Shown: positions 1-15,192, counted from the stretch's first letter. The stretch: DNA of 64,000 nt from Eledone cirrhosa (GCA_964016885.1 OZ024742.1:100378001-100442000); one strand, 5' to 3'. Program-made: numbers and translations. Notes: generated by a model not told the origin, from the letters alone.

Positions 1-908
1 TTAGTCAAGGTTCATTATGTTCTGAGTTCAAATCTGGCCGAGGTCAACCTTGCTTCTCATCATTCCGAGGTCAATAGAATATAGCACCAGTGAAGTACTG
101 TGGTTGGTTTAATCAATTTTCCCCTCCCCATAAATTACTGACCTTGTGCCTACATTTAGAAATCGTTATTTTAGTGTGGTAAATTGGCAGAATCGGTAGA
201 ACAACCGATTAAATATCATTGCGGTATTTCTTCTGGCTCTATACATTCTGAGTTCAAATCCGGTCGCGGTCAGTTTTGCCATCCATCATTCAGGGGTCCA
301 TAAAATAAACTACCACTCAAGTACTGGAGATTAATTAATCCGTTTTTCCGCTAGACTCAAAATTGCTTGCCTTGTGCTTATATTACAAATCATATCTCGT
401 GTCGGAAAAAATGCTTTGCGGTATTTGTTCCGGCTCTTTACGTTCTGAGTTCAAATCTCACCGAAGGCCACTTTACCATCACATCCTTCCGAGGTCGATA
501 ACGCAAATTTCAAGAAAAAATAAGGAAGCCGACATAGATTACCTCCCTTAGCTCCCCGCTCCCCAAATAAGTGGCCTTGTGCGTAAATTAGAAATCATGT
601 GAAAAGCCTGAAATTTTTCATTTCTTTATACTACCATAGAACAGTCGATTCCTACTTGTGATATAACAATTCCTTTTTCTAGAACATTCCTCATTTATTT
701 TATTATTATTGGTTATTTTCGCTAGAATCCTTAGGCAAGGTCATCAGTCATGAACTGCTGGTAGTAGCGTTCATTTTACACAATAAAAAATCTACAAAAC
801 ATAAAATGTATTTCTTGTTTACTTTCGCTAGAAAGTTTTCTTTGGTGAACGCACCAAGTCAGGTTGAGAATATATATATACACACATATATATGTATATG
901 TGTATATA

Positions 909-950
<42 letters not shown>

Positions 951-988
951 CTGTCTGTCTGTCTGTGTATATATATATATATGTGTGC

Positions 989-1115
<127 letters not shown>

Positions 1116-1152
1116 TTACACAATAATCAAAACTATGTTCAAAACATTTTAT

Positions 1153-1199
1153 TGCTGACAATCGTTTCTTCCAAACTTTCGTTTGGAATCATCGGAGCA
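1153..1199 (-). ncRNA. Minimal type I hammerhead in TA-flanked insert 1113-1497
   Basis: TGCT CCGATGA TTCCAAAC-GAAA-GTTTGGAA GAAA CGATTG TC AGCA. Confidence 0.8.
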
Positions 1200-1493
1200 C
1201 TAGCAAAGTTTAGACATATAATTAACTTCCTATTCGACAGAACAAATATATAGATACATAGATATTAATGTTGTCATCAACAGTTTCATATTTACAGAGT
1301 GGAGATGTTAAGGGGAATGTCAGTGGATGTGACAGAGATTACAAAATAAGAAAGTTACTCGCAAAACGAGGACATTAGCAGTACATACACAAGCGTATAA
1401 AGAGTGCAAAAGTGTTAGGCATGTATAGGATAGCTAGGTAGGAAACAGGTAATGGTTCTAGGCATATATATTACAGTATGGCAAAGGTATCAC

Positions 1494-1577
<84 letters not shown>

Positions 1578-1584
<7 letters not shown>

Positions 1585-2120
1585 GTTTGAATTTGGAAAG
1601 CCAAACAATGCAGGTATGGACATAGAATAAAAATACAAATGCAAAAGATATTGTTGACAATTAGTCTTTACCTTAGATTTATTTAAATGTCCTTAATTTA
1701 CGAGATAATATCTCTTCTTCGAAGAAGAGATATTATCTCGAAAATTAAGGACATTTAAATAAATCTAAGGTAAAAGACTAATTGTCAACAATATCTTTGT
1801 TGTGATATAGAATATCTATACCATTTGTTCAACCTTTGTATCAATCTTTGTTGTGATATAGAGTATCTATACCATTTCCTGTCAGCATGACTTGGCAAGC
1901 TATTTAGAACACTGGTTTAACCGCTTTACTTCCCTCCGAAGAAGAGATATTATCTCGAAAATTAAGGACATTTAAATAAATCTAAGGTAAAAGACTAATT
2001 GTCAACAATATCTTTTGCATTTGCATTTTTATTCTATGTCCATACCTGCATTGTTTGGGTTTACAAATTCAAACGTTTATACCTCATTACACAATGCTTC
2101 AAGTGAACTATAACTTCCTC
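1578..2120. mobile_element. Fold-back PLE-like insert with HHR-like motif at 1933-1967
   Basis: 1578-1720 is inverted relative to about 1937-2080, with an internal palindrome centred near 1720. Motif CCT CCGAAGA A GAGAT ATT ATCTC GAAA ATTA AGG. (TA)n flanks. Confidence 0.7.
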
Positions 2121-2215
<95 letters not shown>

Positions 2216-2346
2216 TATATATATATATATATATGTAAGTATATATATAGATAGATAGAGTGATACGATTGCTGCCCTCTCCATCTCTTTGCCGTACAAA
2301 CAGGAATTGTCTTCACTTTTTCAATATGTATATATGTGTATGTGTA

Positions 2347-2391
<45 letters not shown>

Positions 2392-2932
2392 GCGTGTGTG
2401 TGTGTGTATGTATGTATATATATATGTATATGTATATGTATATATATATATACATGTATATGTATATATATATATACATGTATATGTATAAATCTGTGTT
2501 TGTCTGTATGTATATATATATATATACACATCTTTAATTGTATATATGCATATATAATGTTTGGGCGAAAGGTTAAAAAGGAAACAAAACCAATCATTAA
2601 ATGGGTTTCAGTCAGTGTCTACGTATGTCTCGGGGTGTGTGTAACTGTGTGTGTGTGTCGGGGGGGGGGGGGGGGGTAGTCAGTGACCGTATGTGTCTCG
2701 AGACATGTGTAAGTGGGTGTGTCTGTGTCCATATGTGTCTTGGGGTGTGTGTGTAAGTGTGTGTGTCTGTCTACGTATGTGTCTGTTGTTTTTATTCTTT
2801 TCACTATTTTTTACCAATCTTCTCGAGATATTTTATGTCAATTTGTCTTGAAAGTTTCACAACTCCAACAAGTATTGCATTGCTTACATTGAGGAATAAT
2901 CGATATATATATAAACACATATATGTACATAC

Positions 2933-3027
<95 letters not shown>

Positions 3028-3042
3028 CAGTATATATATATA

Positions 3043-3115
<73 letters not shown>

Positions 3116-3118
3116 ATG

Positions 3119-3310
<192 letters not shown>

Positions 3311-3407
3311 CGTGTATATATATGGTTATATATATGTATATATATATACAAACATATATATATATACATATATGTTTGTATATATATATATATATATATA
3401 TATACAC

Positions 3408-3506
<99 letters not shown>

Positions 3507-4330
3507 TCTGTTTGTCTATAGATGTTTTCTTTTTTTAATTTTTTTTAATTCGGCTTGTTTCAAAAGTTTGTTTGCAAGATCTTTGATCCAAAATATATAC
3601 CATTAAATCAGTCATGTGTGACATTTTCGTTTCACAATGTTAAACATAAGTTCAAAAATATGTGACACATGTTCAAAGAAGTGCCATGTTGCAGTACAGA
3701 GACAACTATGATAAATATTTTGCCTGTTGTACTTGATTTAATTTTCTGGTGATCTCCAGGCACGCAGAACAGATTAGAACTAATCATGGTTGAATCAGAT
3801 TAACAGACCATGTACGACTAGGTCACAGCTGCCATATTTCATTGGAAAATTATATTTCTATATTTCTGATATTTTTACGATACTAGTAATATACACGTTG
3901 ATCAATAAAGTAGCCTCACCCTCAGTGGATATAAATATTTCTTTTACTATCGCTGTATATTTTCCCATTACCTTCAGCTAGCTCTAAGTACACACGCACA
4001 ATATATATATATATATAAGTTAATACAATGAAATAAAAATTCAAGTCATTAGGAATATACTTCACTGCTTTACGATCGTTTCTAGGTGATAATAATGCAT
4101 CGTACGCATATTTCGTTATCGATCTATGTAAGGTTACAAAATATCAAATAAGGAATATATTTACCTACGTGTATATCGTCAGCTCCTGGTTGTGTTGTTA
4201 TGTCTCTGAGGAACTGATTCCAGTTCCTCAGAGAAATAACAACACAACCAGGAGCTGGACATATCGATGTATTGACTGAGTAAAACACACTTCAACAACA
4301 TGTGTACCTGTCTTTCCCACACCAATTCGG

Positions 4331-4385
4331 ACTGCCTGAAGAGGTCACAGCCATCACCGGCTGTCACCGAAATATATATAGCAGT
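4331..4385 (+). ncRNA. Type I hammerhead in TA-flanked insert 4017-4440
   Basis: ACTGC CTGAAGA GGTCACAGCC-ATCACC-GGCTGTCACC GAAA TATATA TA GCAGT, followed by AATAAA. A near-perfect hairpin lies at 4180-4257. Confidence 0.9.
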
Positions 4386-4449
4386 ATATCTATAATTTAT
4401 AATAAACGAAGCCAAATTTTACATATTTGACTTAATTATTATATATGTA

Positions 4450-4500
<51 letters not shown>

Positions 4501-4506
<6 letters not shown>

Positions 4507-4725
4507 GAATAGCTTTCACCGTATTTTTGACTAAAGGAATTTTAGCCTGATAATTGGGTTTAGAACCTCACATAAATGGAAAAAGATGAGTATTGACTTA
4601 CGTCAAAACTCATCTTTCTAAACCCCATTATCAGGCTAAAATTCCTTTAGTCAAAAATACGGTGAAAGCTATTCTATTTTCTAATTTCAAACCTGCTCAC
4701 TGTTTCAAAACATACTTACTTGCCA
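4501..4725. mobile_element. Fold-back insert in (TA)n; sibling fragment at 32004-32146
   Basis: 4501-4565 is inverted relative to about 4617-4680, with a one-sided tail to 4725. No HHR is visible in this fragment. Confidence 0.65.
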
Positions 4726-4731
4726 TATATA

Positions 4732-4900
4732 TCATCATCATCATCATCATCATCAACCTTTAACGTCCGTGTTCCACGCTTGCATGGGTTTGGACGGGGG
4801 TTTTCCCACTTGAGGCAAGAGTGATTGTCTTGCTCGCATAGGACTGTCTGGCGGGTTTTCTACAGCTGGATGCCCTTCCTAACACCAACCACATTTACAG
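4732..4900 (-). mobile_element. SINE/LINE 3' end with (ATG)n tail
   Basis: (CAT)n run followed by a GGATGCCCTTCCTAAC motif typical of L2-like tails. Confidence 0.45.
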
Positions 4901-5030
4901 TGTGGGGCTGGGAGGTTTTTACCGTGTTGCCTACACGGCCACATTACAGCGTGGACTTTGTGTTTTTTTGTTGTGACACCTACACGATCTCATTTGTTTC
5001 GGCCTGGATGTTGTGGCACCAACATAACTT

Positions 5031-5126
<96 letters not shown>

Positions 5127-5503
5127 TATTTATTAAATTATATTGCTACATATGCACGAATGATTTTAGAATTTCTCCGCAAGGTCAAATGATGGTTCCT
5201 GGCTTGTTTTCACTGCTGGGCATTGTGGGATGTGTTGACTCAAGCTTGGATAGACACTGTTTCAAAGTTCGTCTTGTATGATCCTGTATGTCGAATGGTC
5301 AATCAAGGTATTCACTGTTACGTCGAATCTTTCTGAGGTATGCATTTTAGATTCGTGTGTTTGTGAACTACCCAATCACTTAACTCTAATTTCACCTGTA
5401 GCGTGGTCTCTTGATCGACCCACTGGAACACTCATCTCGCCGGAATCCTGTAGTGGTCTCTCTCTATATATATACATATATATATATATACATATATATA
5501 TAC

Positions 5504-5534
<31 letters not shown>

Positions 5535-6145
5535 TGTGTGTGCGTAGCAAGAGGGAGAGATAGGTATAACAAAGTCGAAGGCAGTAAATTAGAATGTACC
5601 TCATTTTATTATTTACTTAATCGATGGCATATGTATTTAGATGGTAACTGTATATGTATTTAGATGGTAACGGTTACGACCTCCTCAGACAGCTATTTCG
5701 CGAACAGAAAGTTCCATGAATAAAAATAAGATGAACAAAAATAAAATAAAAACTTCTTATGCAATTTCCATTCAATGATATGCCACGGCTGGGTTATTTT
5801 TGTTTCCTCAAATCTCTGCCTGCTGACACATACACATACAAACACATTACATATATACATATATATATATATATATGTGTGTGTATGTGTGTGTGTATAT
5901 ACTTTAAAATGTACACACAGATATATATATATATATAACTTTGATAACTTTGATAGGTTTCGGACAGTATTGGCCCAAGCCATGTCTAACTTAATAGCAC
6001 CACCTGGCATACATATATAAGTTTATCCCGGGTTCCATCGTGGGCAACCACAGTAAGTAAGGCACTCAATACAAACAGAGTATAAATATTTAATATAGAA
6101 TTGACTTCTACAGGACTAGAAGTGTTTCATTCGGGAGAAATCATC

Positions 6146-6196
6146 GGCTTCCTGATGATTTCTCCCGAATGAAACAGTTCTAGTCCTGTAGAAGCC
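6146..6196 (+). ncRNA. Type I hammerhead in fold-back insert 5938-6224
   Basis: GGCTTC CTGATGA T TTC TCCC GAA T GAAA CAG..CTG TA GAAGCC. An inverted partial copy is at about 6086-6145. Confidence 0.85.
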
Positions 6197-6220
6197 ATTT
6201 TTATATTAAATATATATATG

Positions 6221-6276
<56 letters not shown>

Positions 6277-6463
6277 TATATAATTGTGTGTGTGTGTGTG
6301 TGTAGACACAAAGCCGCCTACCTTACCCATCCTGATAAACACTTTTTTTTTCACCTTCGTACCCTTCAGCTCCCTCCTCTTTACTTCACGTGGTGAAAGT
6401 ATAACGTCCAATACGTTGAGACATTTCTTTTCCAACAAATGTGAAATAAAGACATTGTGTAAT

Positions 6464-6579
<116 letters not shown>

Positions 6580-7615
6580 TATATCAAATTAGAAATTGAT
6601 TGACATATAAATATATCAAAAATAAACATATGAAACAATCACAGGGGATAATTTGTAAAAGTGTGTAAGCACACATAGCTAGGTAGATAACTAAATAAGG
6701 TTTAACTAGAACTTCAAAAATAGATACCTTATAAATTGATTAATCTTCCTTGTATATATATCATTAAAGAAATATATTTCACTAATTAATCGATTGGTAA
6801 ACGACAGTAGCCAGATCCTGGATTTTCAACAAGGAAGAGGTCCAACCATCTGTGTTTACGCATCAAATTCAAATCAGCGACTGGCCAGTAACACGTGCTA
6901 TATTTACTAAAAATACACACATCATACCAGCTTCGTCCCAGTGGCGTGAATAGGGTTATCGACAACTAGAAATAGCAGTCAAGTCCTTTCAACTGAGTTA
7001 ACTCTACAATTAAGTATATATATATATATCCTAAATTAAGTTAAATTAAGGGTGTCATATCAGATAGACATGCGCCATATCACCCGTAAAATATGCTCCA
7101 AGATTCTAATGAATAGATCCGAGCATTTTATATCAAATTAGAAATTGATTGACGCCACTGGGACGAAGCTCGTATGATGTGTGTATTTTTAGTAAATATA
7201 GCACGTGTTACTGGCCAGTCGCTGATTTGAATTTGATGCGTAAACACAGATGGTTGGACCTCTTCCTTGTTGAAAATCCAGGATCTAGCTACTGTCGTTT
7301 ACCAATCGATTAATTGGTGAAATATATTTCTTTAATGATATATATACAAGGAAGATTAATCAATTTATAAGGTATCTATTTTTGAAGTTCTAGTTAAACC
7401 TTATTTAGTTATCTACCTAGCTTGTGTGCTTACACACTTTTACAAATTATCCCCTGTGATTGTTTTATATATTTAATTTAGATATATTTATATGTCAATC
7501 AATTTCTAATTTGATATAAAATGGTCGGATCTATTCATTAGAATCTTGGAGCATATTTTACGGGTGATATGGCGCATATCTATCTGACATGACACCCTTA
7601 ATTTAACTTAATTTT

Positions 7616-7617
<2 letters not shown>
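6580..7617. mobile_element. Two adjacent copies of one PLE-like family in opposite orientation; diverged third copy at 14388-14950
   Basis: 6580-6948 is inverted relative to about 7152-7516, and 7030-7153 relative to about 7495-7617. (TA)n flanks. Confidence 0.8.
7261..7355 (+). ncRNA. Hammerhead with U3-A8 core; copies at 6744-6838 and 14668-14765 on minus strand
   Basis: TCTTCCTTG TTGAAAA T CCA...TGG T GAAA TATAT..ATATA TA CAAGGAAGA, with a 9-bp stem I. Confidence 0.8.
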
Positions 7618-7681
<64 letters not shown>

Positions 7682-7811
7682 ATACTTTGGGAGGGTCATG
7701 TTGCCAATAAGAAACACACGAATCAATTGCTTTCACTTCAATTTATTATAATAAATTTATAAATTTCCGGTTGGTTGGTTGGTTCTACAACCTGATGGTT
7801 GTTTATATATT

Positions 7812-7854
7812 GTCAAAGTTCTTTCGTCACACATTCTGTGACCTCTTCAGTGAC
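7812..7854 (-). ncRNA. Hammerhead in insert 7677-7952
   Basis: GTCA CTGAAGA G GTCACA GAATG TGTGAC GAAA GAAC TT TGAC. Confidence 0.7.
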
Positions 7855-7950
7855 TGGGGATTCTTTTATTTGTTTGTTGTGCCTCTCCTTTGTTCTGTCC
7901 TACGCCATCTTGTTTCAGATAAAGAATCTTGCTAAACAAACTCAGAAACG

Positions 7951-8007
<57 letters not shown>

Positions 8008-8035
8008 ATATATATATGTATATATAAATATATAT

Positions 8036-8138
<103 letters not shown>

Positions 8139-8141
8139 AAT

Positions 8142-8197
<56 letters not shown>

Positions 8198-8321
8198 GCA
8201 CATGGCGTATTATAGTTAATGCGTATTATAGTTAATTGTCACTTATGAGAGAAAGTGAAAAACTGAAACAAATGGAGTAGCAAACATGTACATGCACACA
8301 TATATTTTAAAGTTTTACACC

Positions 8322-8403
<82 letters not shown>

Positions 8404-9918
8404 CACATGGCGTATTTTGGTGGATTTTTCTACCTAATTTCTCTAGATAGTTTATATTAATCAGTCTTAGTGTTGTTACCTAAATAAGTATTGACTTGTT
8501 TACATAGAAGCCGAATTTGGGTAAAAAGAAATGTAATATTTATTGATTTGATATATGATTCTGAAGTTTGTAATTACAAGAATAGTTAGTATTGATCAAA
8601 CTACTATCCTAATTTTCTGTTAGCTACACCTGTGCACGCATAGAAAATAATAGTAATAATTGTTTCTACTTTTGGCCAGCAATTATCCAATGCATTACTG
8701 GTACTTTATTTTATCGACCCGTAAGGATGAAAGGCAAAGTTAATCTCGCCGGGATTTTAACTCAGAATGGCAAGGCAGTAACTCTATGCGTCAAAGCATG
8801 GTGTCCGACCCTCTACCGATACTGCCAATCCACCGCAATTTCTAATTGAGGCACAAGGCCAGCAATTGGTGGGGAGTGTTTCAATCTCGTTCATAACACT
8901 CTTTCGTCATAGCCAATGGGCAGGGAAGAACTGCCTGCTCTTCTTGGCTACAGCAATGTGGCAGTGCGATCTTTACAATCCACTCGGTTAACCCTCGAGT
9001 CCCTCATATATATGATAACCACTGTTCAACACAACTCTACATATCAGCAAGACTCAAGCACTCGACGCGTGCGAGCATAACAGTTTCAAAACGCAGTAGA
9101 AGATCCAATAATTATTATAATTACTGTACAAACCAACAATATTGATAATAGTTTCTAATTTTGGCACAAGGACACCAATTTTGAGGGAGGAGACAGTCGA
9201 TTAAATTGACCCTAGTATCTGACTCGGACTTTATTTTAGCGACCTTGGAAGTATGAAAGGCAAACTTGTAAGATGTCTGGACAAATGCAGCTAAACATTT
9301 TTTCCGTTGCTCTAACTATTTTTATTTCTATTTTTATTTCAGCCCTTATAGCAGTTGTAAATACTACTACTACTACTACTACTACTACTACAACTATTGC
9401 TACTAAAAAATAATTTTGCGGAGAAGAGAAAGTCGATTAAATCGACTCCAGTACTTGATTGTTATTTTATCAGTTCTGAAAGGATGAAAGGTAAAGTTGA
9501 CCGCGGAAGGAATTGAACACAGAACGTAAAGAGCCAGACCAAATGGTGCATAGTATTTATTCGACGTTCATCAGATAAAATACAGATTTGTTTTATAAAT
9601 AAATATTGACATAGCCGGAAAAAAGACAACCTTAACGGTTCGAGCTTCCTGGATAGTGGAGATAGTACGTTTTTTGTTTAGGGTTATACAAAGTTATGAG
9701 TGAGTATGCAAATGAGTGTCCGAAAGGTTGAAAAGATAACGGTTTATTTAAATTAAACTGTTGGAAGAAGATGATATTAAGGGAGAGAGAAAAAAAGAAA
9801 AAAAGAAAAAAGAAAGGAAAAAGATAGAAGAGGAAAGAAAGAACGATTATAGATATTGATAGTGAAGATAGAGTGCACGAAGAAATAAGTTTCAAAGGAT
9901 AAATATACACAGCGTAAG

Positions 9919-10392
9919 TATATAATAATGAAAATGATTGTGTACAGTGCTCAGGTGCACTACAACTCATCAAAGGTGCATATATAGTACATAGAATAAT
10001 GTACAAATGTCAGGAAAGTGAACAGTGTATGAATCATGATATACACACAGATACATAAGTGTGTGTGTATGGAGGGGAATATCAGGTGTAGTGTTGGTGA
10101 ATTTCAGGAAGCATGGAGGTTTTAAAGGATGCAGTCTCCCAACAACTAACATCTGATGCAGGTAGTTTGTTCCATGGAGGTTTTAAAGGATGCAGTGTCC
10201 CGACAGCTAACAACTAATGCAGGTAGTTTGTTCCATGGAAGTTTTAAAGGATGTAGTGTCCCGACAGCTAACAACTGATGCAGGTAGTTTGTTCCATGTT
10301 TCAGCAACTCTAAGTGTGAAAAAATATTTCAAAAAGTCATGGGAGTTGTACTGTTTTCTGATTTTGTAAGCATGTCCACGGGTGTTAGACAC
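9919..10392 (-). mobile_element. CR1/L2-type LINE 3' fragment
   Basis: ORF2 C-terminal signature TRGHAYKIRK...FFTLRVAETWNKLPASVV...SFK, then 3' UTR. Confidence 0.8.
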
Positions 10393-11160
10393 AAAGTTTG
10401 GTATGAAAGGGTTATAATATACAGTTTGGTACTATAGAATCAAGGGGCAACTATGGTTTGATATCAAAAAGGAGAAATAAGGATTAAATATAATATACTT
10501 GAGATGATGATGATGATCTAAGTGAAAGAAGAAATAAGATTAACGTGGAAGAATAATATTTATAATGCAGGGTTCATTATGTCTTGATTACAATACTTAT
10601 AATGAGAGGTTGAAAAATTAGATTAAAATTAAAAATTAGAAATCAAAATTAAAGATTTAAGATTAAAATTTGCCTTAATATTAAAGATTTAATTTAATAA
10701 TTTAATATTAATAATTAGTTTAAATGTGTATGTTAAGGATTATAAATTATTTAAATAAATATATAATATTTTACATTAGAGAAAATCTAGTATGGTTTAT
10801 TTTATTAAAAGTTGTAAGTCAAAATTTAAACATCCAAATAATTCTAAATTTATGAAAAATTTACGAGAGTTTACAAAGGAATAACCACTTAATTATATTA
10901 TAAAAACAGTAAGGAAGTGTAAAGGAAGTTAGAAGTGATTTTTTAAGATCTCAGATGACTCCAAGGATTAAATGTTATAAAGTTAAAAAGTTAAACATTT
11001 TTTATCTTCAGAATATAATTAAAACATGAACCATATGTTATTTTATACGAAGTCATAAATTTACCTGCTATAAAGTTAAATTTTTTTAAATATATACATA
11101 TATGTATATATATGTACATATATACATATATATATATGTACATTTATATATATACGTATA

Positions 11161-11209
<49 letters not shown>

Positions 11210-11251
11210 GTATATATATATATATATGTACGTATATATATATATATGTAC

Positions 11252-11357
<106 letters not shown>

Positions 11358-11395
11358 GTACGTATATATATATATACATATATATATATATGTAC

Positions 11396-11426
<31 letters not shown>

Positions 11427-11441
11427 CATATATATATATAC

Positions 11442-11478
<37 letters not shown>

Positions 11479-11888
11479 AAAACAAATAACGAAACGAAAT
11501 TAAATTTCGTTTCGTTTGTAACTCACTTTTGTATGACTGACGCTTAAACAATTAAGTTAAAAATGTACATCCACATATGTATACTTAATTGTTATATATA
11601 TATATATATATATACGGATTAACAAATAATAGTTAAATTGTTATATATATATATATATATATATACGGATTAACAAATAATAGTTAAATGCAGTCCACTT
11701 AGGTGAAGTCCAGTTATGGTATTCCAGGTAGTGGATGATATTAACGCTTGGCTTGGTTTGACTCAACAAGGCGTTTTCATAGTGATGCTGCGGGTATGCT
11801 GTAATTCCTATGTTGTAAACACTTGGAGTAATAATAAATCAGGAAAGAAGGTTTACATGGTTTGCTATACAAAAAAGTTTTTAATCAC

Positions 11889-11999
11889 ATAGCTTACATT
11901 TGTTTCACTGAACTGGTATGTCTAGAGATCGCTATCCGCCTAATTTTGCGTCACTCGATCGCCAATACAGAATTATAACCAGTCAGATCTTCGGAGCAT
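11889..11999 (-). ncRNA. Hammerhead variant (CCGAAGA, long stem II loop) in fold-back insert 11665-12128
   Basis: ATGCT CCGAAGA T CTGACTGGT...ACCAGTTCAG T GAAA CAAATG TA AGCT. Arms at about 11834-11958 and 12007-12129. Confidence 0.7.
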
Positions 12000-12124
12000 G
12001 CGAGAACGAGTGACGCAAAATTAGGCGGATAGCGATCTCTAGACATACCAGTTCAGTGAAACAAATGTAAGCTATGTGATTAAAAACCTTTTTGTATAGC
12101 AAACCATGTAAACTTTCTTTCCTG

Positions 12125-12226
<102 letters not shown>

Positions 12227-12318
12227 AATATATGTATGTGTATATATATAGAAATATGCATATATATATATAATGTATGTATGTATATATATATATAATG
12301 TATGTATATATGTGTGTA

Positions 12319-12396
<78 letters not shown>

Positions 12397-12479
12397 TACA
12401 TACATTATATATATATACATACATACATACATTATATATATATATATATATATATGCGCATATATATATACACACATAC

Positions 12480-12541
<62 letters not shown>

Positions 12542-12578
12542 CGAAAAATCAGTGATGCATCTGGACTCAGTTTATTGC

Positions 12579-12665
12579 GTGTTACAATTGTTTCGCCGGC
12601 AGGTAGCTCGAGACATGATCACTGTGGATCTGGCTGATTCTACGGCTGCAGGTTCCTTCGGACAC
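12579..12665 (-). ncRNA. Degenerate hammerhead in insert 12537-13228
   Basis: GTGT CCGAAGG ... GAAA CAATTG TA ACAC. Short inverted arms at 12537-12572 and about 13101-13137. Confidence 0.55.
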
Positions 12666-13388
12666 ATGCAATTCTTTTGGAGCAAATTTTCTCACTGGGG
12701 TGTTATCATAAAAAAACACCTACAAAAAACATCTTCCACTCTTGTTATGCCATTGACTGTAGGAAGGACAAAGGCACCCATACGAATTAGACCACCCACT
12801 ACGCGGAGACATTGGTCTGGCACGCACACTGCATGCTTCGCGGCAATTGGGACTAGGGACAGGACACCGACACGTACGGCTGTGGCACCCACCAGAGAGC
12901 ACACTCGGCTTGGTTGTAGTGGTACAGCACAGACAGCAGCATCACATAGACCAAAGTGGACTAGATGTATAGCCGACAACAAAGAAAGACATACCTTAAT
13001 AACTGAAGGGCATAACCCTGATGCCCACAGAGGGCACATATATAGAGACAACACAGGAGATGTAATTGTGCCTGGGCAGAGCACGAGACGGACCAGATAC
13101 ATCGAGTCCAGATACATCACTGATTTTTCGTTTTTTTTATACTATTCACACTCTGCTCTGTAAGAATATTGAGTGCTAATTTTGGCATACCGCCTATGGA
13201 AGCACCATAGCTACCATTAAACACACGATATATATATATATATATATATATTAGAACGTGAGTTTTTTTTTACAAAATGAAAAATAACCGAGGTGTCCTA
13301 CACGAGTGAAAGTATAAAGAAAAAGAGATGAAATCGAAAATGCAACTGGAGTCTTATTTTTTAAAAAACTATATATATTTATTTGGTT

Positions 13389-13426
13389 CCTTTACCGGTT
13401 TCGCAGTTCTTCTGCTTTTCAAAAGG
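13389..13426 (-). ncRNA. Minimal hammerhead with U3-A8 core in fold-back insert 13251-13549
   Basis: CCTT TTGAAAA GCAG AAGAA CTGC GAAA CCGG TA AAGG. The mirror arm is at about 13447-13481. Confidence 0.8.
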
Positions 13427-13567
13427 TGAGTTGAGATGGAGGGTCTTTGAAAAGCAGAAGAACTGCGAAACCGGTAAAGGAGCCAAATAAATATATATAT
13501 TTAAAAAAAAAATAAGGCTCCAGTTGCAATTTCGATTTCATCTCTTTTTATATATATATATATATAC

Positions 13568-13628
<61 letters not shown>

Positions 13629-13639
13629 AACAAGTAAGA

Positions 13640-13732
13640 CCCCGACGGCTGAGCTCAAGCCGTCTCGACGGCTAATTCTGTACTGAATGAAAAATTAATT
13701 CTGGTATTTAAATAGCCGAACTTGTCAAGGGG
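13640..13732 (-). ncRNA. Hammerhead with U3-A8 core (GAAA mutated to GAGA); family fragments at 18643-18778, 18882-19025 and 37178-37369
   Basis: CCCC TTGACAA ..CGGCTA...TAGCCG.. GAGA CGGC-TTGAGCTCA-GCCG TC GGGG. The sibling near 37331 keeps GAAA. Confidence 0.7.
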
Positions 13733-14147
13733 TAATTCCATATATGGTCAAAGAGATAATCACCAGGATTGGTCACATCACAAGTTAGTAGTAAATCTGT
13801 GATGGCAAGTTGGTGGAGGAAGGGGTAGCTAAACCTGCCAGTAGGAGAAAAGGGGAGAGGTGTGGAGTAGACCCATTCATGCGTTGGTAGTGCCAGCTAC
13901 AGCTGGGTGTGAGGTCAAAGAGGATACTGAGGATGGGGAGGGGGAGGAGGTCGAAACGGTAAGTAGAACAATGAAAGGTAAAACTGTAAAAGGTACTGAG
14001 AGAGAAAAAAAATATAAGCAAAATCTGGTTACTAAGACTTAAGTCTCTCGCTATTGCTAGGCTGAGGAAATACATAAATAAATAGATAAACAAATAAGTG
14101 AATAAAAGAATAGATAAATAAATTTTTAAAAAATATATATTATATAC

Positions 14148-14189
<42 letters not shown>

Positions 14190-14190
14190 G

Positions 14191-14236
<46 letters not shown>

Positions 14237-14237
14237 G

Positions 14238-14321
<84 letters not shown>

Positions 14322-14322
14322 G

Positions 14323-14389
<67 letters not shown>

Positions 14390-14945
14390 AAATTAAGATA
14401 GATTAAAAGAATTCAATCAGGATCGAAATTGTGGGTGCCATTCCTTAACGGAATGCGCCATATCGCCCGGAAAATAAGCTCTAGGACTTTGTAGGTACGA
14501 GCATTTTATAATAATAACTAGGAATTGATCAACATATATATAAATAAATATAAACATGAAAAATCACAGGAGATAATTTTTACAAGCGTGTAACCACGCA
14601 TGGCTAGTAGGTAACAAATAAATAAAGTTAACTAGAACTTCAAAAATATATACCTTTTAATGATTAATCTTCCCTGTATATATTTCATTAAAGAAATATA
14701 TTTCACCAATTAATCAGATGGTAAGTCACGGAAAGTGGATATTATTGGATTATCAACAAGGAAGAATAATATCAAGCGATCCATGTTTACACTTCGAGTC
14801 AAAATCTCAAACTGGCCGTTACCACGTGTTGATATTACACATCACAGCGGCTTCGTTTCAGTGGCGTGAATAGGTATTCGACAACTAGAAATAGCAGTCA
14901 ATTCCCTGTTTATATTTATTTATATATATGTTGATCAATTCCTAG

Positions 14946-14997
<52 letters not shown>

Positions 14998-15192
14998 ATA
15001 ATAATAAATTTGAAGACTAACATCCAAAGAGGGCTCGATAAGGATAAATATATATCAAATATATAAGAACCGTAGAACAAATATTTATTAAAATAACAGA
15101 TTAAAGTTTAAGCAAAGAATCAGTGATTTCACCCTTAACGGGATCTTCTGAAACTCAAAGCAGTGATTCTTTGCTTAAACTTTAATCTGGTA

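Noticed and set aside
6966-6977. CTAGAAATAGCA, resembling the sgRNA scaffold
   Set aside because: A 12-nt match only, within a genomic repeat family also seen at about 14885.
12554-13163. Non-repetitive part of the 296-aa ORF and its antisense ORFs
   Set aside because: No recognisable domain, and it lies within an HHR-bearing insert.
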